Origin: an uncultured Candidatus Rokubacteria bacterium
GTDB taxonomy: Bacteria; Methylomirabilota; Methylomirabilia; Rokubacteriales; CSP1-6
Reading direction: 5' to 3'
DNA: 64,000 nt
Assembly (NCBI GenBank): GCA_963771355.1
Contig: CAVYTA010000005.1
Coordinates: 32,001 to 96,000, forward strand
In this document: positions 53,940 through 63,790 of the stretch, in pieces
Layout of the letters: every line of letters begins with the position of its first letter
Numbering within the stretch: position 1 is the stretch's first letter
Notes under the pieces: generated by a model
Seen by the model: the letters and a program-made list of their open reading frames with translations, nothing else
The model's database searches: none
What the model was told of the DNA's origin: nothing
Translations under genes and position numbers: made by a program

Positions 53940-54270
53940 TTAGCCGTGCTGCCGGCGGATGTCGGCCTGGTGATGTAGCTCGTGGCCGGCAATGATGTAG
54001 GCGAGGGCGCGTACGCTCCGGATGGTCCAGTCCGCGGGGGTGCGGCGTTGTCAGGCCGCCGCGTTCAGGCCGCGCAGGAACGCGATGGACGCGCACCGCC
54101 ATGAGCTCGGCCACGACGTCGCCGAGTGGACGCTCGCGGAAGCTGGCGGCCGCCGCGTAGTCCGCGAACTCGACCTGACTCCACTTGACGGGGTCGGCGC
54201 GCGCGATGCACAGCGGGCGGTAGCCAAAGACGCGCTCCACGTCGGCCAGATGCCCGACGACCTCAGCCTT
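53940..54270 (-). pseudogene. DinB family pseudogene (5'-truncated, frameshift, internal stop)
   Basis: EVVGHLADVERVF ... SVRALAYIIAGHELHH. Confidence 0.75.
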
Positions 54271-55135
54271 CGGCATTGCGCAGCGTCGGGTCCAGGAGAT
54301 CGCGCAGCCCGTCGCCGAGCAGGTTCGCGCCCAGCACGACGAGGGCGATCATGAGCCCGGGAGCGGTGGCGAGCCACCACGCATTGGACAGGTAGTCACG
54401 GCCCTCAGCCAGCATTGAACCCCACGACGGCAGCGGCGCCTGGACGCCCATCCCGAGGAAGCTGAGACCGGATTCCAGCAGAACCATGGTGGCGAACTGG
54501 CTGGAGCCGATCACGAGGATAGGCGCCACGGTATTCGGCAGGACGTGTCGCAGGATGATGCGCATATCGCGGGCGCCGAGCATGGCGGCGGCATCGATGT
54601 AGTCGAGGCTGCGAATCGTGAGGACGTGAGCCCGGATCGTCCGCGCGTAGAGCACCCATCCGCTGAGCGCGAGGACCCCCACCAGCGTGATCGGGCTCGT
54701 GCCGACCACGGCGACGATGGCGATGGCGAGCATGATGACCGGAAAAGCCAGCTGCACGTCCGCCACTCGCATGATGACGGCGTCCGTTTTCCCGCTGCCC
54801 CAGCTCGCGGCGAGCCCCACCGCCACGCCCACCACTCCGGCGATGGCGACGGCGGTCGCGGCGAGGGCCAGGGAGACACGCCCGCCGTGGAGCAGGCGAG
54901 CCAGGATGTCCCGGCCGAGATTGTCCGTGCCGAGCAGGTGCGCGCGCGTGCCGCCCAGGCCCCAGGGTGGAGCGAGGCGCTGGCTGAAGCTCGGCTTTAC
55001 GGGATCGTAGCTCGTGAGCGCCGGGGCGAGGAGGCTCGCCAAGACAACGGCGCCGAACAGAACGCCCCCGATCGCAATGGTGGGATGGCGACGTCCCCAG
55101 CGCCGAAGCCGCCCGGTGTCGTCGCGGGATGCCAT
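54263..55135 (-). CDS. peptide/nickel ABC permease (DppC-like)
   Basis: HLLGTDNLGRD, YIDAAAMLGA, LSFLGMG, WGSML. Confidence 0.93.
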   Translation of the reverse strand: MASRDDTGRLRRWGRRHPTIAIGGVLFGAVVLASLLAPALTSYDPVKPSFSQRLAPPWGLGGTRAHLLGTDNLGRDILARLLHGGRVSLALAATAVAIAGVVGVAVGLAASWGSGKTDAVIMRVADVQLAFPVIMLAIAIVAVVGTSPITLVGVLALSGWVLYARTIRAHVLTIRSLDYIDAAAMLGARDMRIILRHVLPNTVAPILVIGSSQFATMVLLESGLSFLGMGVQAPLPSWGSMLAEGRDYLSNAWWLATAPGLMIALVVLGANLLGDGLRDLLDPTLRNAEG

Positions 55136-56055
55136 CACGAATACCGGATGCGGGGATCGATGACCGTGTAGAGCAGATCCACGAGGAGATTGATGGCGAC
55201 GAACACGGTGGCGGAGAGGATGAGCACCGTCTGGACCACCGGGAAGTCGCGGAAGAAGATGGCATCGACGATGAGCTTGCCCATGCCTGGCCACGCGAAG
55301 ACCGATTCGGTGATGACGGCGCCGCCGAGGAGCGAGCCGATCTGAAGCCCGATGACCGTCAGTACCGGGATGGCCGCATTGCGGAGGGCATGGCGGAGCA
55401 CGACGCTTTGCTCGGCGAGGCCTTTGGCGCGGCCGGTGCGGATATAGTCGCGATTGAGTATCTCGAGCATGCTCGAGCGGGTGAGACGCGCGACCAATGC
55501 GGTGGGAAAGGCCGCGAGGGTTACCGCCGGCAAGACCAGGGACGTCCAGCTCGCGAAGCCGGAGGTCGGCAGCCAGCGCAGCGCCACGCCGAAGAGCAGG
55601 ATGAGCATGATGCCGAGCCAGAAATTCGGCAGCGATTGACCGAGCACGGCGAGGATGGTGCCAGCCACGTCGTAGCGCGTGCCCCGGAGCACCGCGGTGA
55701 TGATGCCGAGCGAGACGCCGCCGGCGATCGTGACGAGCATGGCCGCGACCGTGAGCTGCACGGTGGCGGGTAGCCGCTCCAGGACCACCCGCAGGGCGGG
55801 CGCCCGGTACTGGAAGGACTGGCCGAAATCCCCCTGGGCCACGCTGCGCAGGAAGAGGCCGTACTGGACGATCAAGGGCTCGCGCAGCCCCAGCTGCCGG
55901 TTCAGCTCCGCCACCGCGGACTCGGGAGCGCCGTCGGGCAGCAGCATCCGGGCCGGGTCGCCGGGCAGGACGCGAAGGATGATGAACACCAGCACCGATA
56001 CGCCCAGTAGCGTCAGCGCCGACTGCGCCACGCGCCGGAGGATATAGGTTCTCAT
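55135..56055 (-). CDS. peptide/nickel ABC permease (DppB-like)
   Basis: PGDP, GDFGQS, DYIRTGRAKGL, ESVFAWPGMG. Confidence 0.93.
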   Translation of the reverse strand: MRTYILRRVAQSALTLLGVSVLVFIILRVLPGDPARMLLPDGAPESAVAELNRQLGLREPLIVQYGLFLRSVAQGDFGQSFQYRAPALRVVLERLPATVQLTVAAMLVTIAGGVSLGIITAVLRGTRYDVAGTILAVLGQSLPNFWLGIMLILLFGVALRWLPTSGFASWTSLVLPAVTLAAFPTALVARLTRSSMLEILNRDYIRTGRAKGLAEQSVVLRHALRNAAIPVLTVIGLQIGSLLGGAVITESVFAWPGMGKLIVDAIFFRDFPVVQTVLILSATVFVAINLLVDLLYTVIDPRIRYS

Positions 56056-56094
56056 CGGTCGCGCGGCTCTGCCGGCTCCGGCGCGGCCGGCCCG

Positions 56095-57627
56095 CTACAC
56101 GATGCCGACGTCACTCAGGAGGACGTAGTAGTCGCGGCGCGCCTCGAAGTTGCGCAGGCGATCGCTGACGCCGTAGATCGCGACGGTGTAGTAGAGCCAG
56201 AGCTCGGCATCCTCGTCCCAGATGATGCGCTCGAGCTCCTCGTACTTCGCCTGCCGCACCTTGGGGTCAGGCACGCGCCCCTCCGCGACGAGCTGCTCCA
56301 CCCGGGGATTCGTGTACCGGGTGAGCTTCTCGGAGCCGGCCCTGGTGAACCACTGGCCGAAGTACCAGTCGGGGTCGTGGGGCATGTGCGCCCAGCCGGA
56401 GAAGAAGAGATCGTAGGTGCCCGCCGTCCGCTGCTCGCGCGCGGAGGCGATCTCGAGGTTCTTGATATTGAGCTTGATGCCCACGTCGCCGAGCATCGCC
56501 GCGACGGCCTGCGTGATCTCGAGCTGCTTGGGGTAGAGGTCCTTCATCAGCACGATATCGACGGAGACATTGGAGTAGCCGGCTTGCTTGAGGATTTGCC
56601 GCGCCCTCTCGGGATCATAGACCTTGGCCGGCAGGCTCGCATGGCCGATGAGGCCGGGGGGCACGGGGCTGTCCACGGACCGCCCATATCCGAGGAGCAG
56701 CTCCTTGATGATCACGTTGCGGTCGATGGCGAGCGAGATGGCCTGGCGCAGCCGCTGGTCCTTCACGGGCTCGCGGCCGAGCTGGAAGATCCAGCGCTGG
56801 GCCTCGATGGCGGGCACGTCGAGCACCTTGACGCCGCGCGTGCCCTTGAGCGTCTCAACCAGATCCGGCGTGACCCGGTCGATCACCTGCAGCTCGCCGG
56901 CCCGGAGGGCGGCCGTGCGCGTGGATAGCTCCGGAATGAACCGGAAGGTGACCTTCTCGACCTTGGGGATGCCCGGCTTCCAGTAGCTCGGATTCGCGGT
57001 CATCGCGATCTGATCGCCGTGGGTCCAGGACGCGAAACGGAAGGGACCGGTGCCGATTGGCTTCTGGAAGAAGGCCTCTTCGTTTTTCGCCACGCTCGGC
57101 GGCAGCATGCCCAGCATGGTGAGATGGGCGGGGAGGGAGCCGAAGGGCCGCTTGGACGTGACGATGACCGCGTAGTCTCCGTCCTTCTCCACGGACTCGA
57201 TGTCCTGGTACACGAAGGACTTGATGAGCTTGCTATTGCTCTGGACGCGCCTGAGCGTGAAGACCACGCTGTCCGCGTTGAACGGCGTCCCGTCGTGAAA
57301 GGCGACCCCCTTGCGGAGCGTGAACCGCCAGGTCGTGTTGTTGATCGGGCGCCAGGTCTCGGCGAGCGCGGGAACGAACTTGGAGTCATTGGTCACGTCG
57401 ATGAGCGGGTCGAAGAGGTGGCGCAGGACGGAGGTCGTGGAGATCGAGTAGTGGTTGGCGGGATCGAGCGTGAGCATGCGCTCGGACAGGCCGGCGGCGA
57501 TCTCGCCGCTGCGCTTGGCCTGCCCGGCGGCCAGGCCCGGCGCGCCGGCCAGCGCCAGGCCCGCCGCGCCCACCGCCAGGAAGTCGCGACGGCCGATATG
57601 ATCGAATCGTGGATGCTGCTCGCGCAT
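56095..57627 (-). CDS. Tat-exported peptide ABC substrate-binding protein (family 5)
   Basis: GRRDFL, LRKGVAFHDG, PIGTGPF. Confidence 0.93.
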   Translation of the reverse strand: MREQHPRFDHIGRRDFLAVGAAGLALAGAPGLAAGQAKRSGEIAAGLSERMLTLDPANHYSISTTSVLRHLFDPLIDVTNDSKFVPALAETWRPINNTTWRFTLRKGVAFHDGTPFNADSVVFTLRRVQSNSKLIKSFVYQDIESVEKDGDYAVIVTSKRPFGSLPAHLTMLGMLPPSVAKNEEAFFQKPIGTGPFRFASWTHGDQIAMTANPSYWKPGIPKVEKVTFRFIPELSTRTAALRAGELQVIDRVTPDLVETLKGTRGVKVLDVPAIEAQRWIFQLGREPVKDQRLRQAISLAIDRNVIIKELLLGYGRSVDSPVPPGLIGHASLPAKVYDPERARQILKQAGYSNVSVDIVLMKDLYPKQLEITQAVAAMLGDVGIKLNIKNLEIASAREQRTAGTYDLFFSGWAHMPHDPDWYFGQWFTRAGSEKLTRYTNPRVEQLVAEGRVPDPKVRQAKYEELERIIWDEDAELWLYYTVAIYGVSDRLRNFEARRDYYVLLSDVGIV

Positions 57628-57818
57628 GGGCTCTCTCCTGTGTGATGCCGTTCGGGACACAGCAAACACCTACGCCGGCTCGCATCACGGGCCCCCATAC
57701 CGCGGGCGCCCCGCATGGCTGCGGCCCGATTGTATCGAACCCGCCGGGCTGGGGTCCGGCGAAAACTGAGTCGCCCAGCTCATCAGGGCGAGCAGATCAT
57801 GGGCACCCATCGAGCTTC

Positions 57819-57847
57819 TGTCGATCCTGTCGGCCACCGTTCGACTA
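57819..57847 (+). promoter_or_regulatory. ECF42-type promoter TGTCGA-N17-CGACTA
   Basis: Same boxes and spacing as 3766-3794; upstream of a DGPF gene. Confidence 0.75.
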
Positions 57848-57890
57848 CTTGCTGGAATGCCCAGCCTGAGAGACCCGGAAAGGAGCGATC

Positions 57891-58223
57891 ATGCGCTATC
57901 TGATGCTCATCTGCACCGATCCGTCGGCGGAGCCATACGACCCCGAGCAGGACAATATCGAGTCATGGGTGTCCGAGATGGACGGCAAGGGAATTCGAAA
58001 GGCGGGCGACCGCTTGGCCGGGGTGGATCAAGCCATCACCGTCCGCAAGCGGAGCGGTAAGGTCCTGAAAACGAACGGGCCATTTGCCGAGACCAAGGAG
58101 TGGATCGCCGGCTATGACGTGATTGAGTGCGCAAGCCTTGATGAGGCGATCGGGGTGGCCGCGAAGCACCCCATGGCGCGCTTCGGGAAGATCGAGATTA
58201 GGCCCTTCTGGCGGACCGACTAG
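57891..58223 (+). CDS. YciI/DGPF family protein
   Basis: TNGPFAETKEWIAGY, IEIRP; AAGGAG RBS. Confidence 0.9.
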   Translation: MRYLMLICTDPSAEPYDPEQDNIESWVSEMDGKGIRKAGDRLAGVDQAITVRKRSGKVLKTNGPFAETKEWIAGYDVIECASLDEAIGVAAKHPMARFGKIEIRPFWRTD

Positions 58224-58321
58224 CGCCCCGGAGAGATTGAGCCCATGATCCGGGCCCTTCGGTGTGGGGCGGAGTGCTCATATCCAAGGGCCTGGATCCG
58301 GCCTGAGAGTCGCGGCCCAGG

Positions 58322-59248
58322 TCACCCCATGAAGTCCCGGACGATCCGGTTGAACTTGTCCGGATTCTCCATGAACATGAAGTGGTTTCCGCCCTCGTTC
58401 TCCTCGAAGATCTCGATCCTCGAGCCGCGGACCTGCTTCTGGATCCACACCTGTGACTTCCAGGGCACGACGCTCGCCCGGCCCCCGACCACCAGAGTCG
58501 GCAGGTTGATGCGCGGAATGACCCGGCGCCAGTCCTGGGTCGCGTGATTGTAGAGGAGCGCGGCCGCGTACTGCCGCGGCATCTTCAGGTTCTGCTGGAC
58601 CACCCAGCTCACCTCGGACCGGGAGTAGGCCTTCGTGAACATTCCCCCGATGAACCCTTCGGTGGTCTTGACCCCGTCCGGGCCGGCGAGCTGGTTGATC
58701 GTGTCGTAGAGGGAGGTGGGGTCGAAGATCGCGCCCGCGTCCTCTTTCTCCTGCGGCGACCACCGAGGGTCCGCGGTGATCATCGGCATCTGGTCCACGA
58801 AGATCAGCTTCGACAGGCGGTCCTGGCGCCAGAGCTGCCAGTAGCTCCAGATGACGGAGCTTCCCATCGAGTGCCCCATGAGGGTGACGTCGGTCAAGTT
58901 ACGGGCGATGAGCAGGTCCTGCACATCCTTGGCGAGCCGCTGGATGGTGTAGCCGTTGTCGGGCTTGTCCGACTCCCCATGGCCGCGCATGTCCACCGCG
59001 ATCACCCGGTAGCGGTCACTGAGGCCGCTGAGCTGATGCTTGAACTGGGCGGCGGTTTGCGACCAGCCCGGGATGCATATGAGTGGCTTACCGGATCCGG
59101 CTTCCTCGTAGCGGAGGGTGACCCCGTCGTTGGTGGTCACCGCGCCTTTGGTGGCTGTGGCCGTGGACGGCGGCGACGTGGAGGCTCGCGAGCAGGCGAC
59201 GGCGGCGGCTGATACGGCGGCCCCGGTGATGAAGGTGCGGCGATCCAT
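58322..59248 (-). CDS. Tat-exported alpha/beta hydrolase (putative lipoprotein)
   Basis: DRRTF, AVAC lipobox-like; DMRGHGES, GHSMG, H in GNHF. Confidence 0.85.
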   Translation of the reverse strand: MDRRTFITGAAVSAAAVACSRASTSPPSTATATKGAVTTNDGVTLRYEEAGSGKPLICIPGWSQTAAQFKHQLSGLSDRYRVIAVDMRGHGESDKPDNGYTIQRLAKDVQDLLIARNLTDVTLMGHSMGSSVIWSYWQLWRQDRLSKLIFVDQMPMITADPRWSPQEKEDAGAIFDPTSLYDTINQLAGPDGVKTTEGFIGGMFTKAYSRSEVSWVVQQNLKMPRQYAAALLYNHATQDWRRVIPRINLPTLVVGGRASVVPWKSQVWIQKQVRGSRIEIFEENEGGNHFMFMENPDKFNRIVRDFMG

Positions 59249-59329
59249 AGGGCTCCCCCCTCGACGTTGTGAGAGGCGTTGCATGGACGCGAACCAGCGA
59301 CTGCAGGCTACCATACCGCCACCGAGCGC

Positions 59330-60472
59330 TCAGGACGGTCTGGATGCCGCCTGAACCTGCCGGAAGACGCGCTGGGCGTTTCCGCCAAGGACTTTCGCCA
59401 CCTCCGCGCTTCGGTAGCCATGGTCGAGCAGGGCGGCGGCGAGGGATGGCCACCGCGCGTAGCTGGTGAAGATGGCGTTGGGGCCGATGCCATCCATGTC
59501 CGTGCCCAGGCCGACGTGGTCGACTCCTACCACGTCCACCAGGCGCGAGACGTAGTGCACGTAGCCGCTGATATCATCGCCGCGCCGTCCGAAGATGATC
59601 GGCATGGCGCCGATGACGCCGCCCGTCCTGGCCACCAGGCGGGCGTGCTCGGGACTGATGAAGCGAGACCAGCCGGTGGCGTCCTGGATGTTGGAGTGGG
59701 ACAGGATGATGGGCTGGGTGGTCGTCTCCACCACCCCTGCCACGACGGCAGGGGTGGCGTGCGCCACGTCCACCACGATGCCCAATCGATTCATCTCCCG
59801 CACGACCGCCCGGCCGAAGGCGGTCAGTCCGCCATGCACCGGCGGCGCCGTCTGGATGTCTCCCAGCTCGTTCACCCGGTAATGGACGAGCTGTAGCGAG
59901 CGGATGCCACGGTCGAACGCTTCCTGTACCCGGTCGATGCGGCCTTCCAGGAAGTCGCTCCCCTCGACGGCGAGCAGGCCCCGCACCGGAGGGCCGGGGT
60001 CCTCGGCGGCCGTCACGCTCAGCACTGTCGGCATCCCCGCACTCGCACTCCAGCCCACCAGAGTGTCGAGCTGCCGGTACATGGACGCATACAGCTCGCC
60101 CGGCCGCGGCTCGCGGGTGGCGTAGAGCCCCCCGCGTGAATTGACGCCCAGGACCGGCGCGTCCGACGTGGCGGTAAGGCTGATCAGCTTCACCAGTCCG
60201 GCCTCGGCGGCCTGCCGATGACCGGCAAGCGAATCGTTCGACATGCTCCGGAAGAGGCCGGGATGGGAGTGGAGGTCGAACGAAAGCGTGGCCGCGAGCA
60301 GCTCGCGCGTGGGGCCGGACGGCGGAGCTCCGACGGTGGCGCAGGCCGTGGCCACGATGGGTACGGCCGCCGTGGCGAGGAAGCCGCGCCGGCTGAGTCC
60401 GCCGGCCTTGTGCCGCAGGTCGGCAACGGCCAGGAGCTGCGACCACCAATCGAAGCAACTCGGGCTGCACAT
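59330..60472 (-). CDS. membrane dipeptidase (peptidase M19) family
   Basis: DLHSH, VEG, DVAH, SHS, GTDMDG; internal SRRGFL Tat-like motif. Confidence 0.85.
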   Translation of the reverse strand: MCSPSCFDWWSQLLAVADLRHKAGGLSRRGFLATAAVPIVATACATVGAPPSGPTRELLAATLSFDLHSHPGLFRSMSNDSLAGHRQAAEAGLVKLISLTATSDAPVLGVNSRGGLYATREPRPGELYASMYRQLDTLVGWSASAGMPTVLSVTAAEDPGPPVRGLLAVEGSDFLEGRIDRVQEAFDRGIRSLQLVHYRVNELGDIQTAPPVHGGLTAFGRAVVREMNRLGIVVDVAHATPAVVAGVVETTTQPIILSHSNIQDATGWSRFISPEHARLVARTGGVIGAMPIIFGRRGDDISGYVHYVSRLVDVVGVDHVGLGTDMDGIGPNAIFTSYARWPSLAAALLDHGYRSAEVAKVLGGNAQRVFRQVQAASRPS

Positions 60473-60479
60473 GTCGCGA

Positions 60480-61508
60480 TCACCGGAACGCCGGCAGCAC
60501 CTCTTTGGCGAAGAGCTGCATCGATTTCATGATGCGCGGGTGCTCGAGGTCGCCGAACCAGAAGCTGCAGTTGAAGTGGGTGATGCCGACCATCTCCTTC
60601 ACGCGCGTGATCTGGCGGATGACGGTGTCCGGCGTGCCGATCACGAGGAAGCGATCGAGCAGGTCGTCGGTGTCCGGCTCTTTCGGGCCGGGGACGGCCA
60701 CGGCGCGGCCGCGCTCCACTTTCTCGTAGTGATTGCGCAGGCTGAGCGTGACGCGCATGTTCCAGCGCGCTTCCTCGGCGGCGGCGCGCGCGTCGGCCGC
60801 GTTCTCGGTGACATAGACCGCGCGCTGCACGCCGACCGCCGGCATGCGAGACGGCTTCAGCTCCGCGATCAGGCGATCGAACTGCCTCCGGAAGTCCGCC
60901 ATACGCTCGATCGGGACACCGAAGCCGCCGGTGAGCAGGTTGAAGCCGCGCCGCACCGTCGCTTCGACCGACTCGGGGCTCTGCGCCGTCACCCAGATGG
61001 GCGGGTGCGGCTTCTGCAGCGGCTGCGGGAAGATCGTCGTCTCCGGAATCTGGAAGAGCTTGCCGGCGTAGGTGAACGGCTCCCCGGTGAAGGCCTTGAG
61101 GATGATGTCGACGGACTCTTCCCATCGCGCCCGGGCGGTGTCGAGCTCCAGGCCCAGACGCTCGAACTCGTAGTGCTGGTAGCCGCGCCCGAGCCCGATG
61201 TCGACACGGCCGCCGGCCAGCTGGTCCAGGGTGGCGATCTCCTCCGCGATGACGAGTGGGTGATGCAGTGGCACCACGATGACAGCGGTCCCCACGCGCA
61301 GCCGCGTGGTCTTCGCGGCGAGAAAGGTGGCGAGCTGCGCCGGACGCGAGAGGTAGCCGTAGGTCGAGAAATGATGCTCGGCGAGCCACACATTGCTGAA
61401 GCCGAGCGTCTCGGCCGCCTGCGCGATGTCGACGGCCCGCGAGTAGATCTCCTGCGAGGAGCGCATGGACGGCGACTGCATCAGGAGGAAGGTGCCGAAA
61501 TTGATCAT
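60480..61508 (-). CDS. LLM class flavin-dependent oxidoreductase
   Basis: WLAEHHF, HPLVIAEEIATLD, GLGRGY, PLQKPHPPIW. Confidence 0.9.
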   Translation of the reverse strand: MINFGTFLLMQSPSMRSSQEIYSRAVDIAQAAETLGFSNVWLAEHHFSTYGYLSRPAQLATFLAAKTTRLRVGTAVIVVPLHHPLVIAEEIATLDQLAGGRVDIGLGRGYQHYEFERLGLELDTARARWEESVDIILKAFTGEPFTYAGKLFQIPETTIFPQPLQKPHPPIWVTAQSPESVEATVRRGFNLLTGGFGVPIERMADFRRQFDRLIAELKPSRMPAVGVQRAVYVTENAADARAAAEEARWNMRVTLSLRNHYEKVERGRAVAVPGPKEPDTDDLLDRFLVIGTPDTVIRQITRVKEMVGITHFNCSFWFGDLEHPRIMKSMQLFAKEVLPAFR

Positions 61509-61515
61509 GGGCCAC

Positions 61516-61544
61516 ACTCTGCCCGGTCGCGGTAGCCCCGTCAA
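61516..61544 (-). promoter_or_regulatory. sigma70-type promoter TTGACG-N17-CAGAGT, 7 nt before ATG 61508 (leaderless)
   Basis: Box spacing; no Shine-Dalgarno. Confidence 0.5.
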
Positions 61545-61654
61545 GCGCGCGAGGGAGTCAAAACGGCGGCGCGCGAACGGCCACGCAAGGTCGGGGGTGC
61601 GCGTCCCGCGCGCCGCCAGCTTCAGGTCTTACTTCTCGTCGCGGATCGCCGCCT

Positions 61655-62803
61655 TCAGCGGAGTCCTTTGTTCGGGTTGATCAGATACTTCCCGCCGGTG
61701 GCTTGCTTGCCATAGACGGCGATCTCCTCGAGCCGCAGCGCCTCGGCGAGAGAAACTTCCTTCGTGTAGGTGCTCGCGAACGTGGTCTTGATCTCGGCCG
61801 CGACTCGCTCTCGGAGCTTCTGGGCGGCCTCGAAGCCAATCTTCTGCAGGAAGGGGGTGAGCAGCCAGCCGCCAATCCCCCACGCCATGCCGAAGGCGCG
61901 GTTGAACTCGGTCGGCCCGCGGTCGAGTCCCCCGTAGATGTATACCTGCTTGTGGGTGGTGGACCCATAGCGGCTGTATTCCTTCGCCGTCTTGTTCGCG
62001 GCAATCTCCATGGCGGTGAGTATCTGCCCGGCCAGTCTTCCCCCGCCGATCGCATCGAAGGCCACCGTGGCCCCGGTGGCGACCAGAGCCTCGGTCAGCT
62101 CGTCCATGAAGGTTGGCGAGTCCGAGTTGCACACGTAGGGGGCCCCGAGCTTCTTCAGGACGTCCACCTGCTCGGACTTGCGCACGATGTTCACCAGGCC
62201 AACGCGGTCCTTGATGCAGATCTTGTTGAGCATCTGCCCGAGATTGGAGGCGGCTGCCGTGTGCACGAGCGCCTTGTGACCCTCCGCGCGCATGGTTTCG
62301 ACCATGCCGAGCGCGGTGAGCGGGTTGACGAAGCAGGAGGCGCCCTCGGCAGCGGTCGTACCTGGCGGCAGTACCAGGCATTGCACGGCCTTGATGCAGC
62401 GGTACTGCGAGTACATGGCGCCACCGAGGATGGCGACCGTCTTCCCCATCAGCGCTTGCGCGGCGGGAGACGTCCCCGCCTGGACGACCACCCCGGCCCC
62501 TTCGTTGCCGACGGGCAGCGACTGCTCCAGACGCCCGGCCATCGCCTTCATCACCGCCGGCGAGATGCTCGCCGTCACTGCGGGGTCGTCAGCCGTGCCG
62601 GACGCCTTGGCCGTGCTCATGTCGGCTCCGCCGAAGAGAAGTCCCTGGTCGGAGGGATTGATAGGGGCGGCGTCGATGCGGACGACTACCTCCTCGGGTT
62701 TGGGCTCAGGGGTGGGGATACTGACGAGCGATAGCTCGAGGATGCCCTCCTTCTTGACCGTTGAACGAAGCTGAAGTCCCGTGCGCGCGCCGGTGTTTGC
62801 CAT
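61655..62803 (-). CDS. MDR family zinc-binding-type oxidoreductase (enoyl reductase-like)
   Basis: APINPSD, GNEGAG, FVNPLTA, TAAASNLGQM; GGAGG RBS. Confidence 0.85.
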   Translation of the reverse strand: MANTGARTGLQLRSTVKKEGILELSLVSIPTPEPKPEEVVVRIDAAPINPSDQGLLFGGADMSTAKASGTADDPAVTASISPAVMKAMAGRLEQSLPVGNEGAGVVVQAGTSPAAQALMGKTVAILGGAMYSQYRCIKAVQCLVLPPGTTAAEGASCFVNPLTALGMVETMRAEGHKALVHTAAASNLGQMLNKICIKDRVGLVNIVRKSEQVDVLKKLGAPYVCNSDSPTFMDELTEALVATGATVAFDAIGGGRLAGQILTAMEIAANKTAKEYSRYGSTTHKQVYIYGGLDRGPTEFNRAFGMAWGIGGWLLTPFLQKIGFEAAQKLRERVAAEIKTTFASTYTKEVSLAEALRLEEIAVYGKQATGGKYLINPNKGLR

Positions 62804-62888
62804 GTGTGACCTCCATGTTCGGGGAGCCCGCGCTGCCGAGCCGCGGCGCTCATGTCCCGCATTACGAGATCCCTCTCTTCGCGGTGAA

Positions 62889-63263
62889 TCAGGAATCCGA
62901 CGGCGCGTATCGAGCATCGACGTATGCCCACGCGCGTACTCCCGATTGAAGGACGACGGCCACTCGCTTGACCGCCGCCACTTCGTACCGGTCGGCATGC
63001 TGAATTTCATCGGGCGTGACCGGAAAGACCGTCCCGGACACAACGTCGGAAGCGCGTCCGGTGAACCTGGCCATGGTGTGGAGCGCCTTTCCGCTGATGG
63101 CGACGACCGTCTGATCTTCGATCCTGAGCGAGACCAGCTCGAATCCTCGCAACGCATCGCCGGTACCCGTCAGTTGCCGACCAAACGTCGCCATTTGTAC
63201 CGCCTCGAGCTGGAGGGTGCCGTACGAGAAGAGAAGGTGGAGCGCGGTCGGCGCGACGGTCAC
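62889..63263 (-). CDS. gamma-glutamylcyclotransferase family protein
   Basis: LFSYGTLQ, ADRYE, AWAYV; GTG overlaps the upstream stop. Confidence 0.8.
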   Translation of the reverse strand: MTVAPTALHLLFSYGTLQLEAVQMATFGRQLTGTGDALRGFELVSLRIEDQTVVAISGKALHTMARFTGRASDVVSGTVFPVTPDEIQHADRYEVAAVKRVAVVLQSGVRAWAYVDARYAPSDS

Positions 63264-63730
63264 TGCTGGTAGCCGTAGAGCCGCCAGACCCCCTGCTCTC
63301 GCTGGGCGACCTCTGGCTCGCGCTGCCACGAGAGGATGGATGTCCACGTGCCAAGCCACCGTAGCCGCCCCGAGACTTCGCCCGTCGAGTAGACCCACGC
63401 CTGGTCTCCCGCCATTCGCGCTTCGTCGATACGGACCCGCGCCTGGAGGGTGTCATAGACCGCAAACATCACCCGGAGCTGCTCGCGGATGGCCGGCTTC
63501 GTGAGCGGATCGGATCGATAGCGGTCCGAGACATGCCTCAGCACCCCTGCCTCGTCCAGGGCCTGGAAGCGTTCAATCGCGTGAGCGAGCGTCTGCTGGA
63601 GCTCCAGGACCACGGCACGAGGAGCGGGGATTCCCGGCAGACCCGTCGCCCCTTGCTGCGCCTCGGCGGCGAGCGGCGCGGCGAGGAGACCAAAGCCCAC
63701 GCGAGTCAGGAACGTGCGACGGCCTATCAC
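63260..63730 (-). CDS. exported hypothetical protein (NTF2/SnoaL-like) with Tat-like leader
   Basis: GRRTFL...LAAEAQQ leader; helix-then-beta pattern ending WRLYG. Confidence 0.55.
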   Translation of the reverse strand: MIGRRTFLTRVGFGLLAAPLAAEAQQGATGLPGIPAPRAVVLELQQTLAHAIERFQALDEAGVLRHVSDRYRSDPLTKPAIREQLRVMFAVYDTLQARVRIDEARMAGDQAWVYSTGEVSGRLRWLGTWTSILSWQREPEVAQREQGVWRLYGYQQ

Positions 63731-63790
63731 TGGATGAGGGTCTTCTCCCCGGCGATTGTACATGAAGCTCGAGGGCGTCGAAGCGAGCGG

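Noticed and set aside
54051..54053. In-frame TGA in the DinB remnant as a second Sec codon
   Set aside because: It falls at a probable Trp position (AAA-W-QRR), not in a Cys motif; the gene also has a frameshift and no 5' end
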